Notes under the pieces: model-generated | The model's input: the letters and a program-made list of their open reading frames with translations, nothing else | Databases searched by the model: none | Told to the model about the DNA's origin: nothing | Translations under genes and position numbers: made by a program | Assembly: GCA_052327205.1 (NCBI GenBank) | Contig: CM126210.1 | Location: 184,264,001-184,328,000, forward strand | DNA from: Somniosus microcephalus | Lineage: Eukaryota | Length of the DNA: 64,000 nucleotides | Reading direction: 5' to 3' | In this document: positions 60,927-64,000 of the stretch, one piece after another | Numbering within the stretch: position 1 is the stretch's first letter | Layout: each line of letters opens with the position of its first letter

Positions 60927-61232
60927 CTTCCTGCATTGCACCCATGTGGCTGCCACATGCTGTGCCAAGTTTCCCCCTCACTGCCACCCAACACCATAAA
61001 GCATCCCTATAATGACCAAGCCATTCATTTCACACTGACCCCCATTGCTGGAGGTTATGTAATGTCTCACCATTTACTCCCACTCACAAAGTCACTTCCA
61101 AGGTAGCAGACAAAAATGGGCGTGAGCGGAAAGTGGTGAAAATAAACACTTTCATATGTGTGATAACAGTAATGGAACCTTAACAATAACACTTCTTTAT
61201 ATACCCATAATAATATGCTTACCCTTGTGCAA

Positions 61233-62848
61233 TTAGGATTGTGGCTTTTTTCTTTTACGCCTGCTTCTACAAGGTGCAACCCCTGTGGCTTCAGCAGAGG
61301 TAGAGGCAGCCTGTTCACTTCCTTGCTGCGACAGCATAGACACTCTTGGCAGATGTCCTCAGGGTTTGGAGCCTCTGATGGACCTGCTAATGTCTGCTCC
61401 TCCTGCGACTGTGCAGGAGCAGACTCGACCATTGCGATCCGTGGAGGCATCTGGGGCTCTGACTGAGGGGGAAGCAACAGGGGAGAAATGTAAGTGCTTT
61501 GAGAAGCGACCCCACTTCCATTTCCCCTCTCATCATCATCCCTCTCATGAGCCAGCCGCACTTCCCTGCTAACAAGGAGCTGGAGAACACCTTGCTGCAC
61601 AGCAGTGCGGCCATGAGGACCCAAATCTACATTTAGATCCCTCCTATAGAGGAGGTCTATGAGCCTCTGCCATCTGTTGTCCTTAGCTAGCAAGTGCTCA
61701 TGTGAGTGGCGTATTAGCTGCTCCATGCAGGTGGCCATCCTTTCCATGGACGAGCCTAAAGTCGCCATCGCCTGCAACACAGTAGTGCCCTTGTTCGAGA
61801 TAGACTCCTCCATTCTCTGAACATTTGCAGACATCATGGCTGCAAAACCTGCCAGAGCCCCCTGTTGCCCCTCCAAGATCACATTCTTTCTCGATGGCCC
61901 CCAAGGCTCAGCGTCTGCATGCCGCTCAGAAGAGCTTGGAGCATCCTGTGTCTCCAATGCTGTCCCTGTCAACACCATCTGCTCTTGCTCACTTGTGAAG
62001 TGTGAGACACCAGGTGATAACACTACTCTATCTCACACAGGACCCACCGAGGTGTGCGTATCTGCACTGGTGCTGGGTGCACTTGGGTCTGCTGACAATG
62101 CACCCTCAGAGGCTGGAGGCTCCTCTGAGGAGCCATCTTCCTCCTCTAGCTGGGCAGTGGTGGGGGCTCTTGATGGACCTGTGGGAGAGTAAAGAGATGA
62201 TTTAGAAATGTTATAATAAAAATGGGAAATGATACCATTATGCACATGATGAACGTTCACTGGCTGCTGCCATCAGTCACCATATGAGTGACTGCTGTAT
62301 GCCATGTGGCTGTATGAGATATAATTCTGTCACCAGGTTGCTGAGAGGAACCCTCTCCATCTCTCACCAATGCCAAATGGCCTCTTTCTGTGGTGTTACT
62401 TGGTATGATTGCATTAGGATGAGGGTGAATGTGAGGGGTGGTTAGTCAGATGGGGATGTGAGTATGTACATAGAGAGAGAGGGATGGGTGGATGTGCAAG
62501 GTATGTTGGGGTGAGTAAGGATGTGCATTAGTAGGCTTGGGAAGGCAGAGTGATAGGGATGTGATGAGAGGCACAGCAGGATGAAGGTGAGTGTGACATT
62601 GCACTCACCTTTCCTGGTCTTATCAGATCATTGAATCTCTTCCTGCACTGTACCCAGGTCCTCCTGACAACATCCCTGCTGTTGACCTCCTCAGCAATTT
62701 GGAGCCAGACTCTTTCAGTCTCCTGGGGAGGTCTCTTCCGCCCATCAGCAGGGAAGAGGACCTCCCTGCGTGCTCTGACTCCCTCCACAAGAATATGTAA
62801 GGATTCATCTGAAAACTGGGGTGCAGCCCTCTGTCTTTGTGAACTCAT
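61233..62848 (-). pseudogene. H5 Myb/SANT-like gene, exon 2 partly deleted
   Basis: APQFSDESLHILVEG...VWLQIA...QCRKRFNDL then GT donor; exon 3 similar to H1. Confidence 0.85.
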
Positions 62849-63267
62849 TTTTATAATTCTCAGCAGCAACACACTCCTCTCCAATACTTCCTCCACACTC
62901 CTACATCAACCTCAAATGCGATGTGGCCAAGGCTGCTTTAAATATCCCTGCTGGAAATGAGCCATCGATGATGTCATCAGACCCGCACCATTTAATAGGG
63001 CCAGCAAATGCGCATGACTTGTTTAATAGGGGCCATTAGCTGAAAGTTGCAGTGGAGAACAGGCTGTTCACTTTTAGGGCTCCCAACCTACTACGCGGCT
63101 CGCACCCACACAGCCCGTCTTGAAGGTACAAATTCCGGCCTAAGTGTCAAAAAATACAGCCCTCCCACAGGGCAGAAGCTTTCTACTTTCCATGAACTGA
63201 AAAGTGTAAACGTGTTACCTGATGGGAGGATGGTATACTGCTGTCGTTAACTTTTATTGTTGCACAG

Positions 63268-63300
63268 GGATTGGCTCCATGCTGACGTCGGGTCTGTGGG
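63268..63300 (+). other. Candidate 33-nt host micro-exon, unidentified
   Basis: ttttattgttgcacag acceptor and gg|gtaaga donor in unique sequence. Confidence 0.2.
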
Positions 63301-64000
63301 GTAAGAAATATGTGCTAGATCCAATACGTAGCATTTCATTGCATCTCAGTTGCAACCAGCCTGGAGTGCAGGACACCTGTCGGAATATCAAATGATATTT
63401 TGCTTTAAAAGAATTATAGGCTATAAAGTGTTACGGCAATATTAGGGGGCAATGCCTCAGTTAAAAAAGCAGACAGAGGAATGTCATATAAACTCATTTA
63501 AGTGTTTGCCTGGCAATGCTGCTAACAGTAATTCGTAGCCTAATATGTCTTGGCCGTGAAAATTCATGGGACTATCTGTGTTAGCTTTGCACCCTGGAGG
63601 TGACAGGTCCACCCAATGGTCATCTCCAGGGTTGACTCCTCTGTACATTGCAAGATCTGCTCGTTTGTGTATCCACTGGCATTGGCTCAGCACAACTGTT
63701 GTGTAATGCAGGAGGAGTATTGCGGTGGGGGGGGGGGTGGCCGGAGGGTGCACGAGGGGGGGGTGGGGGTGGAGTACGAAGTTGCAGCTACAGGTCTTTT
63801 AAAAATCCTAGCTTTAAAATTGCTGCGAAATCTCATATGAGTCGTCAATTACAGACACTTGAGTGCAGCAAACAAACTGCCAGTGGTTTATTAAAAATTA
63901 AAATCATTGAACTACTGACCTGCTGCTCCCCCCCAGTCTTCTCTTGTATCTTACATTACATTGCCGTTCAGCCTGACCAGTCCATGTTGGTGTATATAAT

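Larger units (their letters stand above)
58686..63140. mobile_element. Harbinger transposon H5 (same family as H1), degenerate
   Basis: Convergent genes similar to H1; weak TIRs; flanks tga/taa. Confidence 0.8.

Overview
Eukaryotic, non-genic DNA, about 55 of 64 kb of it nested transposable elements. The repeat families (Deu-domain SINE, esterase-type CR1, Penelope hairpins) point to a vertebrate, probably a cartilaginous fish (inference). PIF/Harbinger DNA transposons dominate: five two-gene elements with convergent HARBI1-like DDE transposase and 3-exon Myb/SANT-like genes, three deleted or degenerate copies, and several MITEs. One element (43095-47407) has perfect 17-bp TIRs and an intact transposase ORF. 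Also present: three full-length Ty3/Gypsy elements with paired LTRs and TSDs, two solo LTRs, a full-length RTE LINE, two CR1 pieces, a DeuSINE, and Penelope remnants with minimal hammerhead-ribozyme motifs. The most unusual signals are: (1) a homologous 54-bp unit in intron 1 of the Harbinger Myb gene, tandemly amplified in two divergent elements; (2) non-TWA target-site duplications; (3) a CRE palindrome 160-176 bp from Harbinger termini; (4) a Gypsy with no tRNA PBS but a 13-bp PBS-LTR complement, suggesting self-priming. No host gene is confidently identified. All calls come from reading the sequence by eye; no searches were run.
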